Below are positions 61,959 to 64,000 of a DNA stretch of 64,000 bases, one piece after another. This DNA is from Phycisphaeraceae bacterium (GTDB lineage: Bacteria; Planctomycetota; Phycisphaerae; Phycisphaerales; Phycisphaeraceae): assembly GCA_963674705.1 (NCBI GenBank), contig OY771506.1, forward strand, positions 4,800,001 to 4,864,000, given 5' to 3'. Both the position numbers and the translations under genes were made by a program. How positions within the stretch are numbered: position 1 is the stretch's first letter; each line of letters opens with the position of its first letter. The notes below the pieces were generated by a model. It saw nothing but the letters and a program-made list of their open reading frames with translations. It was not told the origin of the DNA and made no database searches.

Positions 61959-62840
61959 TTATGCCGCGGCCAGCGGCGGTCCGGTTATAGGTTTTCCATC
62001 ATACGCTTCGTCCGGCGTCCGTCCAGCGAGTGTCGAGTGCGGACGCTCGGTGTTGTAGAACCGCAGCCATTCATTGATCCCGGCGCGAGCTTCGCTGCCT
62101 CTGTCCCACGCGTGCAGGTACACGCATTCGTACTTCAGGCTCCGCCACAGACGTTCGATGAACACGTTGTCCATCCATCGGCCTTTGCCGTCCATCGATA
62201 CCTTCGCGCCCGCGCTCTTCACTGTTTCGGTCCATTCCAGGCCGGTGAACTGGCTGCCCTGATCGGTGTTGATGATCTGCGGCGGGCCGTGCTTGCTCAG
62301 CGCTTCTTCCAACGCCTCGACGCAGAATGACGCTTCCATCGTGTTGCTCAATCGCCAGGCCAGCACCTTCCTGCTGTGCCAGTCCATGACCGCAACGAGG
62401 TACAAAAAGCCGCGTCGCATCGGGATGTATGTGATGTCGGCGCACCACACATGACCCGGCTGATCAATCTTCAGATTCCGCAGCAGGTACGGATACACCT
62501 TGTTTTCAAGGCATTTGACGCTGGTCTTCGGGGCCTGGTAGATCGGCGTCAAACCCATCTGGCGCATCAATCGACGCACACGCTTGCGGCCGACGTTGTA
62601 GCCAAGCCGACGCAACCAACGCATCATCTGCCGGCTGCCGTAGAACGGCGTGCACAGGAACTGTCGGTCGATCAGACGCATCAGCTTCAGGTTCAACGGG
62701 CTCTCGCCTTTGCCTGAAAAGTAAAACGACGATCGGCTGATCGACACCAGCCCACACTGACGCACGATGCTCAGCTCGGGGTGCTTGGGTTCGACCATGT
62801 CGCAGCGGCGGCCGTGGCTCAAAGCCCCAACCCTTTTTTT
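61959..62840 (-). CDS. IS3 transposase OrfB (reached by -1 frameshift)
   Basis: FYGSR, WCADITY, NTDQGSQF, IERLWRSLKYE. Confidence 0.9.
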   Translation of the reverse strand, partial: KKRVGALSHGRRCDMVEPKHPELSIVRQCGLVSISRSSFYFSGKGESPLNLKLMRLIDRQFLCTPFYGSRQMMRWLRRLGYNVGRKRVRRLMRQMGLTPIYQAPKTSVKCLENKVYPYLLRNLKIDQPGHVWCADITYIPMRRGFLYLVAVMDWHSRKVLAWRLSNTMEASFCVEALEEALSKHGPPQIINTDQGSQFTGLEWTETVKSAGAKVSMDGKGRWMDNVFIERLWRSLKYECVYLHAWDRGSEARAGINEWLRFYNTERPHSTLAGRTPDEAYDGKPITGPPLAAA

Positions 62841-63103
62841 AAAAAGTCCTTCTCGATGGTCAGCTCGCCGATCTTCGCGTGCAGCTCTTTGATCTGCTCG
62901 TCGGATGCCTGCGGGTCCTTGCCGCCGCCACGGGCAAAAAGCTGGGCCGCCTCCTGTGCCAGCAGCTTCTTCCACCCGCCGATCATGTTCGGATGCACGT
63001 CGTACTTCTTGGCGATCTCCGCCACCGTCAACTCGCCACGCAGCGCCTCCAGCGCCACCTTCGCCTTGAATTCAGCCGTAAATCGTCGTCGCTTGCTCAT
63101 CAA
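62819..63103 (-). CDS. IS3 transposase OrfA
   Basis: RRRFTAEFKAKVALEALRG HTH; LHAKIGELTIEKDFLKK. Confidence 0.92.
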   Translation of the reverse strand: MMSKRRRFTAEFKAKVALEALRGELTVAEIAKKYDVHPNMIGGWKKLLAQEAAQLFARGGGKDPQASDEQIKELHAKIGELTIEKDFLKKGLGL

Positions 63104-63248
63104 GTAAGTCCTTTCAAATCTGCAGACCAGCCCACTTTAACCGGCTGTCCAAGATTTGGGGACCAGCTCTATCCTTCCGCGGCTATCGATGAAGTTATTT
63201 TAGGCGCACATGTGTTTCTGTCTCAGTGTATTTGCTCAGGAGTTTGCC

Positions 63249-64000
63249 ATGCCTGCTTCCCGCCAACGTGTTCTAGATGCCATTTCGCACAAAAATCCGG
63301 ATCGTGTCCCGCTCGATTTTGGAAGCAGTCCTATAACCGGAATGCACTGTTCGATCGTTGAAGCATTGCGCGAGCACTACGGGCTTGAAAAACGGCCAGT
63401 CAAAGTCCATGAACCGTATCAGATGCTTGGTTATGTGGATGAAGATTTGAAAGAAGTAATTGGCGTGGACGTCGTGGGTGTACTTCCCTTAAGCACAATC
63501 TTCGGATATCCGATCGAGGGCTGGAAACCTTGGAGGACACCTTGGGGCCAGGAGGTATTGGTGCCGGGGCGATTCGTGACCACCACGTGTGAAAATGGCG
63601 ATGTATACACGTACCCTTGCGGAGACCTAAATGCACCGGCGAGTGGGCACATGCCACAGAGCGGTTACTTCTTCGACACAATCATCCGCCAAGATCCGAT
63701 TGACGAAGAGCACCTTAATGTCGAAGACAACTTGGAAGAGTTTGAACACTTGTCTACGAAACATCTGAATAGGCTGGCCGAGGGCGTGCGTGATGCCGCC
63801 AAGACTAATCGGGCGATATTGGTCTGCCTGCCCGGAACAGCTCTAGGCGACATCGCATTGGTGCCAGCCCCTTTCCTTCGGCATCCCAAAGGGATCCGTG
63901 ATATCAGCGAGTGGTACATGTCACTAGCCATGCGAAAGGACTACATCCACCAAATCTTCAAGAGGCAGGTAGAGATCGCGATAAACAACCTGGCCAGAAT
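63249..64000 (+). CDS. Uroporphyrinogen-decarboxylase-family (URO-D/methyltransferase-like) protein, runs off the window
   Basis: Not in the ORF track (no stop); AGGAG RBS then MPASRQRVLDAISHKNPDRVPLDFGS...PKGIRDISEWYMS. Confidence 0.8.
   Translation, partial: MPASRQRVLDAISHKNPDRVPLDFGSSPITGMHCSIVEALREHYGLEKRPVKVHEPYQMLGYVDEDLKEVIGVDVVGVLPLSTIFGYPIEGWKPWRTPWGQEVLVPGRFVTTTCENGDVYTYPCGDLNAPASGHMPQSGYFFDTIIRQDPIDEEHLNVEDNLEEFEHLSTKHLNRLAEGVRDAAKTNRAILVCLPGTALGDIALVPAPFLRHPKGIRDISEWYMSLAMRKDYIHQIFKRQVEIAINNLAR

Larger units (their letters stand above)
61901..63170 (-). mobile_element. IS3-family insertion sequence, apparently intact
   Basis: 32-bp perfect terminal IR AGAGCTGGTCCCCAAATCTTGGACAGCCGGTT; orfA/orfB with A7G slippery site at 62840-62833. 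Confidence 0.93.

Overview
Accessory region of a bacterial chromosome, most likely a Planctomycetota (Phycisphaerae-like) organism. This is inferred from 10 PEP-CTERM proteins, 4 prepilin-type/DUF1559-like proteins and a recurrent dockerin-like module. The most striking structure is non-coding. The 3' half of a tRNA-Ile(GAU) gene, starting exactly at the anticodon loop, recurs three times on the minus strand (5820, 26245, 45353). Each copy is followed by a conserved linker and a variable array of 10-bp TCGC repeats, and a fourth junction (35303) has been cut by an internally deleted IS30. These junctions divide the window into five functionally coherent segments, none with a recognisable tyrosine or serine integrase: (A) a GH66 dextran locus; (B) an NhaR/Mrp Na+/H+ antiporter locus plus a furan-fatty-acid-like lipid modification operon; (C) secreted proteins and an S55 peptidase; (D) a LacI-regulated GH10 xylan locus; (E) a Fic pseudogene and a GntR-regulated, sialic-acid-like sugar catabolic locus. 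Segments A, D and E share a PUL-like design: one pilin-like protein, a paralogous pair of PEP-CTERM proteins and a glycoside hydrolase. Four insertion sequences are present. All calls come from motif recognition by eye; no database searches were run.
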